Positions 1 to 9,607 of a DNA stretch of 64,000 nt are shown here, piece by piece. Each line of letters opens with the position of its first letter. The stretch's first letter is position 1. The stretch is taken from assembly GCA_963796055.1 (NCBI GenBank), contig CAWCKH010000004.1, positions 2,976,001 through 3,040,000 on the forward strand. Reading direction: 5' to 3'. This stretch comes from an uncultured delta proteobacterium. Its GTDB lineage: Bacteria; Myxococcota; Myxococcia; Myxococcales; Myxococcaceae. The notes beneath the pieces were generated by a model. The model had not been told where the DNA came from. It worked only from the letters and a program-made list of their open reading frames with translations, and ran no database searches. A program made the translations under genes and the position numbers.

Positions 1-332
1 GCTCGAACAACCGGCGGGTGGAGATTGTCATCAGCAACGGGACGGTCACGCAGAAAGCGCTCGCCGCCGGGGTGCCGGTGTGCGTCGTTCCCTTCGGACG
101 CGACCAGCCGGAGGTCGCGCGGAGAGTGGAGCTCGCGGGCGCCGGCACACGGTTGCCGGCGTCGCGGCTCGGTCCCGAACGATTGCTGGGGGCCATCCGG
201 AGGGCGATCGGGTGCAAGGCCGGCGTGATGCGTATCGCGGCCGCATTCTCCGCAGCGGGACCATCGGCCGCCGCCGATGCGCTCGAGGAGCTGCTCCCTG
301 CCGCGCAGCGCGGAAGGAGGCCGGCTGCATGA
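1..332 (+). CDS. Glycosyltransferase (GT1/MGT family), C-terminal part; runs off the window start
   Basis: ALAAGVPVCVVPFGRDQPEVARRV...GAG resembles the UDP-glycosyltransferase C-terminal signature, although the HGG motif is degenerate (SNGT). Confidence 0.75.
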   Translation, partial: SNNRRVEIVISNGTVTQKALAAGVPVCVVPFGRDQPEVARRVELAGAGTRLPASRLGPERLLGAIRRAIGCKAGVMRIAAAFSAAGPSAAADALEELLPAAQRGRRPAA

Positions 333-348
333 GAGCATCGATGGTCCG

Positions 349-392
349 AGAGCCTGATGCCTGGCCGTACAGAGCCTGATGCCTGGCCGTAC
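349..392. repeat. Perfect 22-bp tandem duplication AGAGCCTGATGCCTGGCCGTAC x2
   Basis: Read directly at 349-370 and 371-392. Confidence 0.95.
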
Positions 393-521
393 AAGGAATG
401 ATCCAGCGAGGACATCTGGTGGAGGTACGGCGATCCGCCCAGCGTTGGACTGACGAGCGGACTTCTCGCAGCGGTGCTACACCCTCGACGTCCCGCTGCT
501 CAGAGTGGCTGAGCCGTTCTC

Positions 522-1610
522 GTGCTCCACGACTTCATCGAGCTGAACCGCGACGAGCTGGTCGCGCGCACGAGCGAGAAGGCCGCCTCGCGGCCATTCG
601 AGTCGAGGGAGCTCCGGGAGATCGAATACGGGGTCCCCCTCTTCCTCAGTCAGCTGGCGGAGACGCTCCGGCGCGAGAAGACGGGCTCCCCCTTCCCACC
701 CAACGAGATCGGGTCAGCCGCAGCGAAGCATGGGCAGGAGCTGCTGGGAATGGGGTTCACCGTGGCGCAGGTTGTCCACGACTACGGGGACATCTGCCAA
801 GCGATCACCGAGCTGGCGATCGAGCGCAACGCGCTCATCAGTGCCGAGGACTTTCACACCCTGAATCGCTGCCTGGACACGGCCATCGCCGAGGCCGTCA
901 CCGAACACGCTCGCCTCCAGCAGGAAGCGAGCGGGCGTGAGGAGGTGCTCCGTCTGGGCCGACTCGCTCATGAGCTTCGGAACCAGATCCACGTCGCGCA
1001 CCTCTCGCTCGAAGCCTTGCAGAGTGGCGCAGTCGGCATCGGCGGGAGCACGGGTGCGGTGCTGGCCCGCAGCGTCGTGGCGCTGAGGGACCTCATCGAC
1101 AGCGCGCTGGCGGAGGTTCGGCTCGAGGCCGGCGTTCACCACCGTGATCGGGTGTCCCTGCGAGGGTTCGTGGGCGAGATCGCCGTGGCCGCGCAGCTGC
1201 ACGCCGATTCCCGGAAGGTCGAGCTGGTGGTGGACAGCGTCGATCCGGCGCTGGTCATCAATGTGGATCCGCAGCTCCTCACGTCCGCACTGATGAACCT
1301 GCTGCACAACGCCTTCAAGTACACCCAGCTCGCCGGGCGCGTGGTGCTCAGGACCCGGAGTGAGCCGGGCCACATCCTGATCGAGGTCGAGGACCAGTGC
1401 GGCGGTATGCCGGAGACCGACGACCAGTTTCGCGCCTACGGAGACCGGCGAGCCCGCGATCGCTCAGGGCTGGGGCTCGGGCTCTCGATCAGTCGGAGGG
1501 CGGTGGTCGCGAACGGGGGCGAGATTCGCTCGCTCAGCTTGCCCGGGAAGGGCTGTATCTTCACCATCGACCTGCCCGTCGGGACCGTGCTCGAGTCAGC
1601 CGCCCCCTAG
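522..1610 (+). CDS. Orphan cytoplasmic sensor histidine kinase
   Basis: H box AHELRN, N box NLLHNAFKYT, G1 EDQCGG, G2 GLGLGLSI; no transmembrane segment. Confidence 0.9.
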   Translation: MLHDFIELNRDELVARTSEKAASRPFESRELREIEYGVPLFLSQLAETLRREKTGSPFPPNEIGSAAAKHGQELLGMGFTVAQVVHDYGDICQAITELAIERNALISAEDFHTLNRCLDTAIAEAVTEHARLQQEASGREEVLRLGRLAHELRNQIHVAHLSLEALQSGAVGIGGSTGAVLARSVVALRDLIDSALAEVRLEAGVHHRDRVSLRGFVGEIAVAAQLHADSRKVELVVDSVDPALVINVDPQLLTSALMNLLHNAFKYTQLAGRVVLRTRSEPGHILIEVEDQCGGMPETDDQFRAYGDRRARDRSGLGLGLSISRRAVVANGGEIRSLSLPGKGCIFTIDLPVGTVLESAAP

Positions 1611-1798
1611 AGTCGGTGGGACGAGCTCGTGCGGCTTGCACAGCCGCCGCCTGATCGCGCCAATCTGGGTCGACGGTGTTCCGCTCGTCCTCGATTCAGG
1701 AATCTCCTTTCCCAATATCTCGTATTCGTTGGTTGCTTGACTCTCCTCGTCAAAGGGTTGCCCTGTGGTCCTGCAATCAACCCCAAGAAAGTGAATCC

Positions 1799-2968
1799 AT
1801 GAATCGAAACAGTCTGCCGCTTGCTCTGTGCCTGTGGGGCGCAGTCGCGCTGGCGAGCCCGCCAACTCCTGAGGAGGTCGCCAGGCGGCTCGTCCGGAGC
1901 ACGGCCATCGCCCAAGGCGATCTGGTGCGGGTCTCGGGAAGTACGAAGGATCTGCCGCTTCTCACGGCGATCGCCGTCGAGGTGGAGAAGGCCGGCGCCA
2001 CGAGCTTCTTCGCGCTCAGCAGCGACGAGTCGGTTCGCCGCATCTGTCACGAGGTTCCCGCCGAGCGCGACGCGGGGAACGCGTCCGCCACCCTGAAGCT
2101 CATCGCCGCGATGACCGCGGACATCTCCGTCTCACCTGGTAGCGATCCCCGGCTGTGCAGCGACGTCGATCCCGCGCGGCTCGCAGCGCGCGGCAAGGCC
2201 TTCCAGGAAGCGAACGCCGCCTACACCAAGGGCGGCATCAAGGCCATCAACCTCGGGAACCGGATGGAGCCTGCCGACTGGCGAGCGAAGCGCTTTGGCA
2301 TCACGCCGGCACAGCTCTCCTCTCTCTACTGGAACGGGATCAACGTCGAACCGGCCAAGCTGAAGGAGGCCGCAGATCCGATCATCCGCGGGCTCGCCGG
2401 GAAACGCCTCACGGTCACCGCTGCCAACGGCACGAGGGTGTCGATGTCCATCGAGGGCCGGCCGGTGGTCTTCAGCGACGGGCAGGTGAATCCGGAGATG
2501 GCAAGGAAGGGGCAGACCCTCATCGCCTGGCTGCCCGCGGGTGACGTCTACCTGGTGGCGGTCCCCGGCACTGCGGAGGGAACGGTGGTGGTGGACCGCT
2601 TCTGGTACCACGAGAAGCCCATCGACGGGCTGACGCTGACGATCAAGGGCGGGAAGGTGGTCGAGATGCAGGCCAAGAGTGGCCCCGTGGAGCAGTTCAA
2701 GCGCGCCTACGAGGGCTCGGGTGGCGCGAAGGATGCAGTCGGGGTGGTGAACATCGGGACCAATCCCAACCTCCGGGCACCGGCCGGGAGCAGGCTCAAC
2801 GCCACGCCAGTCTGGGGGATGGTGAGCATCATGACCGGCGACACCAGCTGGGCCGGCGGTTCCGACGTGAGCTCGTGGAACTTCATCGGCTTCGTCCCCG
2901 CGGCGACGGTGACCATCGACGGGAAGACCGTGGTCGACAAGGGACAGCTCATGGCCCCTGCCGCCTGA
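1799..2968 (+). CDS. Secreted M29 (thermophilic aminopeptidase)-like protein with degenerate metal ligands
   Basis: Signal peptide; WLPAGDVY, EGTVVVD, LTIKGGKVV, NIGTNP, TVTIDGKTVVDKG resemble the peptidase M29 layout. Confidence 0.7.
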   Translation: MNRNSLPLALCLWGAVALASPPTPEEVARRLVRSTAIAQGDLVRVSGSTKDLPLLTAIAVEVEKAGATSFFALSSDESVRRICHEVPAERDAGNASATLKLIAAMTADISVSPGSDPRLCSDVDPARLAARGKAFQEANAAYTKGGIKAINLGNRMEPADWRAKRFGITPAQLSSLYWNGINVEPAKLKEAADPIIRGLAGKRLTVTAANGTRVSMSIEGRPVVFSDGQVNPEMARKGQTLIAWLPAGDVYLVAVPGTAEGTVVVDRFWYHEKPIDGLTLTIKGGKVVEMQAKSGPVEQFKRAYEGSGGAKDAVGVVNIGTNPNLRAPAGSRLNATPVWGMVSIMTGDTSWAGGSDVSSWNFIGFVPAATVTIDGKTVVDKGQLMAPAA

Positions 2969-3111
2969 GCCGACACCCGCTCGTCGCGCCGGCCTCGGGG
3001 CCGCTTCCCACCCCGATGGCCGATGCGGCGACGAGACCTCGTTTCCGGGTGACCCCCGCAGATGCAGGATGCCACTGCGCGTACCGGAGACAGTCGTGAG
3101 AGCGTGCCGGC

Positions 3112-3336
3112 CTAGTGCCGGACCAGGTGGTCCAGCCTGTCCTTGTGGACCCTGATGGTCCGAGGACTGCTCTGGGCGTCGAGAAGAACGCTCTCGCTCT
3201 CCACCGCAGAGACCTGCCAGAGCGACCCCACCGACACCCTCGTCGATTCGGTCGGCGCACCCTCTGGGTGCGCGCTGAAGGCCTGAACGCACTTGAGCCA
3301 GGACCCGGCGTGCAGATCTGACAGGGCGAGCTTCAT
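3112..3336 (-). CDS. Small hypothetical protein (beta-rich, possibly SH3-like)
   Basis: 74-aa ATG ORF 9 nt downstream of the RHH gene. Confidence 0.5.
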   Translation of the reverse strand: MKLALSDLHAGSWLKCVQAFSAHPEGAPTESTRVSVGSLWQVSAVESESVLLDAQSSPRTIRVHKDRLDHLVRH

Positions 3337-3345
3337 CGGGGCATC

Positions 3346-3552
3346 CTATTCCAGCGAGGCGATCCAGCTGTCCAGGATGTCGCGGAGCACCTCCGAAGCA
3401 TCCTGGCGACCACTGCCGCGTTGGGCAGCCAACTCCATCGCCGCCCGGTGAAGCGCCGCCCAGTGCCGGCGTCTGATGCGAACCGTCGTCGTCACGATGG
3501 CCTCAGTGGGGTCCGCCCCCTGCTCGGCCAATGGCTTCGCTCGTCCGACCAT
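3346..3552 (-). CDS. Ribbon-helix-helix-like DNA-binding protein
   Basis: GGAGG RBS; TTTVRI beta strand followed by two amphipathic helices (HWAALHRAAMEL; ASEVLRDILDSWI). Confidence 0.65.
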   Translation of the reverse strand: MVGRAKPLAEQGADPTEAIVTTTVRIRRRHWAALHRAAMELAAQRGSGRQDASEVLRDILDSWIASLE

Positions 3553-3576
3553 TCCCTAACCTCCCGGAAACACTGT

Positions 3577-3644
3577 AGCATACCGACAGGCACGTACGAA
3601 TACCACGACCTACGTTGTCAGGTATCCACGAACGTACGTATGCT
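3577..3644. promoter_or_regulatory. Nested imperfect inverted repeat in a divergent intergenic region
   Basis: AGCATAC/GTATGCT, ACGTACG/CGTACGT and ATACC-ACGAC-loop-GTTGT-CA-GGTAT. Confidence 0.55.
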
Positions 3645-3666
3645 GACGAGGAATCGAGGGAGTCGT

Positions 3667-4086
3667 ATGCAAAGCATCGAGGCGGTGAGGAGCGACTGGC
3701 GCGGCGAAGGACGGGCAGCCCTCGAGCAGTCGCACTGGGAGCTCCAGAGCTGGGAGCGCGCCTATCCGACCCTGCCTGTGCCGTCGGAGGTGAACGGCGC
3801 AACCGACGCCCAGCGTGCCGATGCGTATCGAGCGGCCACCCGCGCCTGCCTGCGTTTCATCTTCGAAGGCATGGCCCTCGGGAGGCCGGGCGCTCGGAGA
3901 TGGCCCGAACGCGTCTGGGCCGTGATCCAGCAGTACGGTGTCGGGCGGGCCCGAGATCTCGAGGGGTCACCCATCGAGTCGAGCGAATACGAGACGGCCC
4001 TCTACGACATCGTGGACTGGTATCGGGACCTGGCCGCACGAACTCTTTCGAGGAGCGAGCGGCTTGGGCGGGCCAGCGCAACATAG
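3667..4086 (+). CDS. Hypothetical protein; its stop codon lies inside the arm-type repeat
   Basis: GAGGGAG RBS before ATG 3667; 139-aa ORF. Confidence 0.55.
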   Translation: MQSIEAVRSDWRGEGRAALEQSHWELQSWERAYPTLPVPSEVNGATDAQRADAYRAATRACLRFIFEGMALGRPGARRWPERVWAVIQQYGVGRARDLEGSPIESSEYETALYDIVDWYRDLAARTLSRSERLGRASAT

Positions 4087-4198
4087 GCGCAACGTGGCGC
4101 TGTCCAAGAAGCCTACGTGAGTTCTGATGCTTGACGGCCAAGCCTGCGGAACGCTTGGACTCGAGTTGCACATGGTTGCGAACACTGGCGCAACATGA
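4072..4198. repeat. Core-less attP-like composite of integrase arm-type sequences
   Basis: 4072-4093 is identical to 24409-24430; 4102-4169 aligns ungapped with 17529-17596 (54/68 by hand); 4181-4198 is identical to 17643-17660. Confidence 0.8.
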
Positions 4199-4975
4199 TG
4201 CGAAGCGTCCTACGACGCGACCTACAAGGTGGAGTCGGTCAACGCGCTCCTGGCGAAGCTGCAGGATGCCCGCGAGACTCTAGAGATGATCGCCCAATGC
4301 GCCACGTCGCGCGAGCAAGAGCAAGAGTGGGCACGGAAGGCAATTGAGATCCTCTCCAGAAGGAGTCGGTGATGAAGGACCATCATCGCGATCCTGCCGG
4401 TGCGGTCCGGCAGTAGCCCCAGTCCTGCGCGGAAACGGAACGCCCTCGACGAGACGCTCGAACGATCGGCCCGGGACGCCATCCCAGGGGAGAGCCAGGA
4501 GCGGCTTCGCGGATATGCCTCGGGGTCGGCGACCTTGGGCCGCGCGACCGTGGGGCTGCTTGAGCTGATCACCTACCAGGGTGCGCTGGGCTGCAAGCGG
4601 GTACTCGAGAATGACGAGAGCCGATGGACTGACCTCGATCTGACGTGCTCGTACGGGTTCTGGGAAGTTCACGCACTGGCGGCCGCCTACGATGTCGACC
4701 CGTCACCGACGAAGCACGCCCGCACGAATCTGGACAATGCAGCGCGAGTCTGGCCCTCCGGGCAAGTTGGTTGCAGAGAGCAGAGTGGGGGCGTACGGAG
4801 AACGGCGTAGTCCGATTGCCCTCACCGGCTTCAGCCGAGCGACCTCTCGCTGCTCCTCCTGATCGTCTCTCCGGCAGGAGCCGTCGCGCCTGTTCATCGG
4901 GGGACGACAGGAAGGCCAGCCGACCGCCCCGGGTGCGCGAGCCGCGGTAAGGAGCTGCCAGTTCGGAGGTCCGCC

Positions 4976-5911
4976 ATGAAGGCAATTCGGATGCACACCC
5001 GCGGGGGGCCGGAGCTCCTGGTCTACGAGGAGGTGCCCAAGCCGGTGCCGTCAGACGGTGACGCGCTGGTGCGGGTCGACGCCTGCGCCATCACCCCCAC
5101 CGAGCTGAGCTGGAGCGAGACCTACACCACCAGGGACGGCGCCGAGCGCCTCCCGACGATCCCGGGCTACGAGGTCTCTGGGGTGGTCGAGGCGCTCGGT
5201 GACGGCGTCGCCGCCCCAGGAGTGGGAGAGGCCGTCTTCGGGCTCACCGACTTCAACCGCGATGGAGCAGCGGCCGAATACGTTCTCGTCCACGCGGACG
5301 ATCTGGCGCCAAAGCCTCCCTCGCTGAGCCATGTCCAGGCCGCATCCGTTCCGCTCTCGGCCTTGACCGCCTGGCAAGCCCTGTTCGACCACGCTGGTCT
5401 CACCCAAGGCCAGAGGGTGCTGATCCACGCCGCGGCCGGCGGAGTCGGAACCTACGCGGTTCAGCTGGCGCGTTGGTGCGGGGCCAGGGTGATTGCGACC
5501 GCTGGTGCCGAGAACGAGGGTCTGGTGCGCGAGCTCGGGGTGGACGAATTCATCGACTACACCGCCGTCCCCTTCGAGCGGCACGTGCGTGAGGTCGATG
5601 TTGTCCTGGACACGGTCGGCGGCGAGACCCGCGAGCGGTCCTGGGGGGTAGTCCGCCGACATGGGGTCCTGGTCACCATCGTGGGTGCGGCGTCTCCACA
5701 GGACGCCGCGCGCCATCACGTCCGGGGCGTGGACTTCATCGTGAAGCCCATCCGTTCGCAGCTGCTGGAGATCGCGAATCTCGTCGAGGCTGGAAAGGTA
5801 CGGCCCATTGTCGGAGGAGTCTACCCGCTCGAGAAGGCTCGGGAGGCGTTCGAGGACGGATTGCGCGGGCACGGCCGCGGAAAGCGGGTCCTGCAAGTGC
5901 GCCCCGGGTAA
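4976..5911 (+). CDS. NADP-dependent oxidoreductase (MDR / quinone oxidoreductase-like)
   Basis: GGAGG RBS; IPGYEVSGVV, ALTAWQAL, LIHAAAGGVG, DVVLDTVGG, GRGKRVL. Confidence 0.92.
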   Translation: MKAIRMHTRGGPELLVYEEVPKPVPSDGDALVRVDACAITPTELSWSETYTTRDGAERLPTIPGYEVSGVVEALGDGVAAPGVGEAVFGLTDFNRDGAAAEYVLVHADDLAPKPPSLSHVQAASVPLSALTAWQALFDHAGLTQGQRVLIHAAAGGVGTYAVQLARWCGARVIATAGAENEGLVRELGVDEFIDYTAVPFERHVREVDVVLDTVGGETRERSWGVVRRHGVLVTIVGAASPQDAARHHVRGVDFIVKPIRSQLLEIANLVEAGKVRPIVGGVYPLEKAREAFEDGLRGHGRGKRVLQVRPG

Positions 5912-5956
5912 CCGCCGACCTTGCCTCGGGCTTTGCCTTGGCGCGCCTCACTCGAA

Positions 5957-6316
5957 TCAGGTGCCGGAGGCGAGGCAAACGCCGGAGAGCGGGGGAGCGC
6001 TCACCGCGACGGCCGCACGCTCCCACTCGAACAGCTCGATCTCGTCCAGCGCCACCGGCCGCCGCTCGAACACCAGGACCGCGCGCAGGCCATCGGTAAA
6101 GTACGGATCGCCGGTCAGGTTGTGATGGGGTCCCCTGGTACTCCAGCGGCGTGAGCCACATCCGGATGTGGTTGCGCTGGTGGATCGATTGCCGCGCCTT
6201 CTGCCCGGCGAGGTCTTGGAACCGCTCCAGCGCGTAGAGCGGGCTCACCGGCGAGTAGCGGTAGCGGGACCCGAGGATGAACGACTTCAGCGTCTTCCAC
6301 GACGAGCCCAGGTAGA
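5957..6316 (-). pseudogene. LssY C-terminal domain gene fragment, frameshifted and 5'-truncated
   Basis: YRYSPVSPLYALERFQDLAGQKARQSIHQRNHIRMW, then in another frame NLTGDPYFTDGLRAV. Confidence 0.65.
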
Positions 6317-6326
6317 TGGTGTCGGT

Positions 6327-6413
6327 GGCCCACGGGCGCCGTAGTTGCAGAGCCGCTCGAGGCCGACGACGTCATTCTCGTGAAGCCAGGTGTCGGGGTG
6401 GAGGGAGAAGCCC
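6327..6413 (-). mobile_element. Internal fragment of the ISCR/IS91-like transposase
   Basis: GFSLHPDTWLHENDVVGLERLCNYGARGP; DNA nearly identical to ~16177-16263. Confidence 0.85.
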
Positions 6414-6626
6414 TGCTCGACCCACGCGTGAGACGCGCAGATCCCTCGGGGTTCGGCCCTCGGGTTGCGGGGACGAATGGCTATGGACAGCAAGCGCGTA
6501 GGCATATCCCGAGAAAGCGCTCGGCAGAGCAGCCGGATGGGTGGTCGATTCCTGCCCTGCGCAATGAAGATGCGCCCGGCCGCACGGCCAGCCTTGACGG
6601 CGCGGATGCGTTATGGGCACCACCTC

Positions 6627-6657
6627 GGCTGCCCTTGCGGCTGCCCTTGCGGCTGCT
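6627..6657. repeat. 12-bp tandem repeat CGGCTGCCCTTG, about 2.6 copies
   Basis: Read directly. Confidence 0.85.
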
Positions 6658-6695
6658 CGGTGCGCGCAGGGCGCACTCGCACGGAGGATGATGTC

Positions 6696-7238
6696 ATGCC
6701 CACGTTTCAGGGAATGTCTGAACAGGACAAACTCAGTGATATCGAGATTCTAAACAGAGCTCTCTTTTTCGAGAACCAGGGCGTGTGGGCGTATCGCTTC
6801 GCGGCCGACAAACTTAGTACTTCAGAGGTCGGCCGGGCCGTACTGGCACTTGCCGCTCAAAACCGAGCCGATCACGAGGCTCATCAAGATCTCGTCGGCA
6901 ACGCAATTATTAGTTTGGGCGGCACTCCGGTCAAAATGGAAAGGGAATATGACCTTTCTAGTTTGATCGGCAAGGGACTAGGAAATCTCGATAGCGACAT
7001 CAACATTGCCAAGCTCGCGCTGGCTCTGGAGGTTGGTGCAGCGGCAGGATACGTATCCGACACCATGCAATTGAAGTCCCCCGCGCTGAGAGAGCTGGAA
7101 GCTGGGATTGCGTGTGTTGAAGCCATCCACGCAGCCCGCATCCGCCTTGCATTCAATGACCTGGGGGTCAGGGTACCAGTGGTTCCCAGCGTCGTGGTGA
7201 CCGCGAGCAGTCGGAACGACTGGGTCCTCAAGGTCTGA
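6696..7238 (+). CDS. Ferritin-like domain protein (lower GC)
   Basis: GGAGG RBS; DIEILNRALFFE...AY, DHEAH, ALALE, VEAIHAA (di-iron four-helix-bundle ExxH pattern). Confidence 0.8.
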   Translation: MPTFQGMSEQDKLSDIEILNRALFFENQGVWAYRFAADKLSTSEVGRAVLALAAQNRADHEAHQDLVGNAIISLGGTPVKMEREYDLSSLIGKGLGNLDSDINIAKLALALEVGAAAGYVSDTMQLKSPALRELEAGIACVEAIHAARIRLAFNDLGVRVPVVPSVVVTASSRNDWVLKV

Positions 7239-7315
7239 GGCCACCGCGGCTGCTCTCTGAGCGCATGCCATTCCGGTCTCGCGCTCTCGCCGTTCCGAGG
7301 CCGGTTCTGATGCTC

Positions 7316-7460
7316 TAGGCGGGACTGGTGTGCCCGGACCCGGATGGCGTTGCTCACCCTGACCGACGGGAACTCGCCCTGCGCCACGATCCGGTACACC
7401 GTCGCCCGGCACACCTGGAGCGCATCGGCGACCTCCCGGACGGTGAGGCTGAAGAAGCTG
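7316..7460 (-). pseudogene. Excisionase-like HTH (HTH_17) remnant
   Basis: LTVREVADALQVCRATVYRIVAQGEFPSVRVSNAIRV; no start of its own, fused to the nuclease remnant. Confidence 0.75.
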
Positions 7461-7479
7461 ACCGCCGTTCCAAGATTCA

Positions 7480-8200
7480 GGGCGTACCCGGTTCTTGATG
7501 TCGATCTCGGTGAACGATCGCCCGTCACGAGGTTCCCGGTCTCGTAATCGATGACGTCGTACTTGCGGAGGTCCTCAGGGAGCGTCAGGTCCTCGAGCTC
7601 CTCGGCATCGACGACGCGTCGGAAGATCACGGGCATGTTGAGGGGCTTGGCGTCCTGGACCGGGTCCGCCGGGGTCGTGTAGCTCTTGGGCTTGTCGTAC
7701 GTCTCCGCGAACGTCAGCGGCCCGTCTTGGTAGTGCTTCCAGACGCCCTTCTTACCGTCGATCGCAGAACGCGCCGCGGTGAGGATTTGCGGGATCTAGT
7801 CACCGGCGCTCTCGAATAGGAACGGGAACGCGAGGCCCCGGCGCACGAGCTCGAGGGAGAGCATCTTCCCCTTGTCGGCGGACTTGTCGGACTCCCACAC
7901 GTAGCCGGGCACGCGGCCGTGATTGTCTAGGATGTCGCGGTCAAGCTCGACGAGGCCATATCCCGTCTCCTGCAGCGGTGTTCAGGAGATAGTCCGTCGC
8001 CGGCTTCCAAAGGGGCTGCGAACGCTCATGCTGACCGGGTTTCAGGGAGTGCTCGACGCCCTCTGGCTTGAAGCGCGAGCCGACGTAGTGCTCCTCGGGT
8101 GCGTCGATGCCGGACAGCCGGATTGTGAGTCCCGCCTCGTACCACCAGTGACTCAGTACAGCGTGTCACTGCCGGGGTCCATCGGGCAAGGACTCAACGC
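7480..8200 (-). pseudogene. Thermonuclease (SNase)-family pseudogene
   Basis: IRLSGIDAPE, DNHGRVPGYV, LELVRRGLA, AIDGKKGVW; frameshift near 7970 and in-frame TAG at 7796-7798; ends approximate. Confidence 0.75.
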
Positions 8201-8477
8201 GCCTGGACCAACAGAGAACCAAGGGGTGCGGGCAGACCCAGGAGCCGACTCGAAAGGGACTCGGGGAAGAACCGGACGAACTCGTCGGCCGTCCTGGGGC
8301 CCGTCGAATGCTGACAGGGCAGGCAGCGGGCCACCAGGTTCCACGGCAGCCTGACCGTGGAAAAAGAAATGTCGTGAAGACGAGATTGGAGCTGGCCAGG
8401 AGAGCATCAGCCACACAAGCTCGGTTAAGCCGGTTATCGCAGCACATCATCCCGAAAACTAAGAAGCGGTGCATAAC

Positions 8478-8864
8478 ATGATGAAGCTCATCCTCTCCGT
8501 ATTTCTCTTTACCTTCGGCTTTGCCGCGGCAGCGCATGGCCAGCAAGTGAATACACTCCTTACGAAAAAGCTGCCGGAAGCACCGGGTAAAGAGATTGAA
8601 GTCATTACTGTCAATTACGCCCCAGGAGCCGTCGATGCGATCCACCGGCATGATGCGCATGCGGTTGTCTATGTTCTCGAAGGGGAAGTTGAGATGCAGG
8701 TTCGTGGAGGCACGCTTCAGCGGCTTGGTCCCGGGCAGGTATTTTACGAATCACCTGAAGACGTTCATACCATAAGCCGTAACGCGAGTAAGACGAAACC
8801 AGCGAAGTTCGTCGTATTTTTTGTCAAAACTGAAGGAGCACCGATTCTCACTCCAGTTCACTAG
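8478..8864 (+). CDS. Secreted cupin domain protein
   Basis: Signal peptide; HRH..VYVLEGE and FYESPEDVH cupin motifs. Confidence 0.9.
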   Translation: MMKLILSVFLFTFGFAAAAHGQQVNTLLTKKLPEAPGKEIEVITVNYAPGAVDAIHRHDAHAVVYVLEGEVEMQVRGGTLQRLGPGQVFYESPEDVHTISRNASKTKPAKFVVFFVKTEGAPILTPVH

Positions 8865-8937
8865 CTTCGGACGCGAGCATTTTATTCCCCGATGAAACCA
8901 TTGTGCCTAAGGCAATATTACTTACGCGGAGGCACGT

Positions 8938-9402
8938 ATGAATTCAAAAACCGCGCAACTCACCGAGAATTGGACAGAGATTGTCCGTCTGTTCGCACGG
9001 CTTGCGCTAGGAGCTTCCTTTCTATCCGCTGTGGCTGATCGTTTTGGCTTATGGGGCCCATATGGAGCAAAGAACGTATCCTGGGGAGATTTCGCTCATT
9101 TCGTGGAGTACGCGGGCGCGGTGACGTCTCTCTTCCCCAGTTCATTGACGGTGTCGTTTGCATGGGCAGCTACCGTCGGGGAGACACTCTTTGGAATATT
9201 GCTCATCGCAGGCTTCAAAATACGAATGGCCTCCGTCCTCTCCGGTCTTCTCCTTTTGTCATTTGCTATGGGCATGGTCACAGGTCTTGGCATCAAGACG
9301 CCATTCGACTATTCGGTGTTCTCGGCGGCCGCTGCAGCATTCTTGCTGGCGTTCTGTGAGCCTGACAGATTCACGTTGGATAAGCTTCTGAATCGAGCAT
9401 GA
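8938..9402 (+). CDS. DoxX-family membrane protein
   Basis: [28 protein letters not shown]; four hydrophobic segments. Confidence 0.85.
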   Translation: MNSKTAQLTENWTEIVRLFARLALGASFLSAVADRFGLWGPYGAKNVSWGDFAHFVEYAGAVTSLFPSSLTVSFAWAATVGETLFGILLIAGFKIRMASVLSGLLLLSFAMGMVTGLGIKTPFDYSVFSAAAAAFLLAFCEPDRFTLDKLLNRA

Positions 9403-9455
9403 AACTAATAGCTTATATTCCAGTGAGGAGACAAATGACTGAGGAGTCAATTCCT

Positions 9456-9599
9456 ATGAAACTGACTTGGCACGGCCATTCCGCATTTCGCATCGAGGCG
9501 GGCGCGGCCAAGATTTTGATCGATCCGTTCCTGTCCGATAACCCGTCCTGGGACAAAGGATGGAGCGGCTACCTTGCAGGCAAGAACTCGACACATTGA
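9456..9599 (+). CDS. Short N-terminal fragment of a metallo-beta-lactamase-fold (UPF0173-like) hydrolase
   Basis: [25 protein letters not shown]; ends before the HxHxDH motif. Confidence 0.7.
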   Translation: MKLTWHGHSAFRIEAGAAKILIDPFLSDNPSWDKGWSGYLAGKNSTH

Positions 9600-9607
9600 G
9601 GTGACCG

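Noticed and set aside
349..392. 22-bp duplication as an iteron or array
   Set aside because: Only two abutting copies; consistent with slippage
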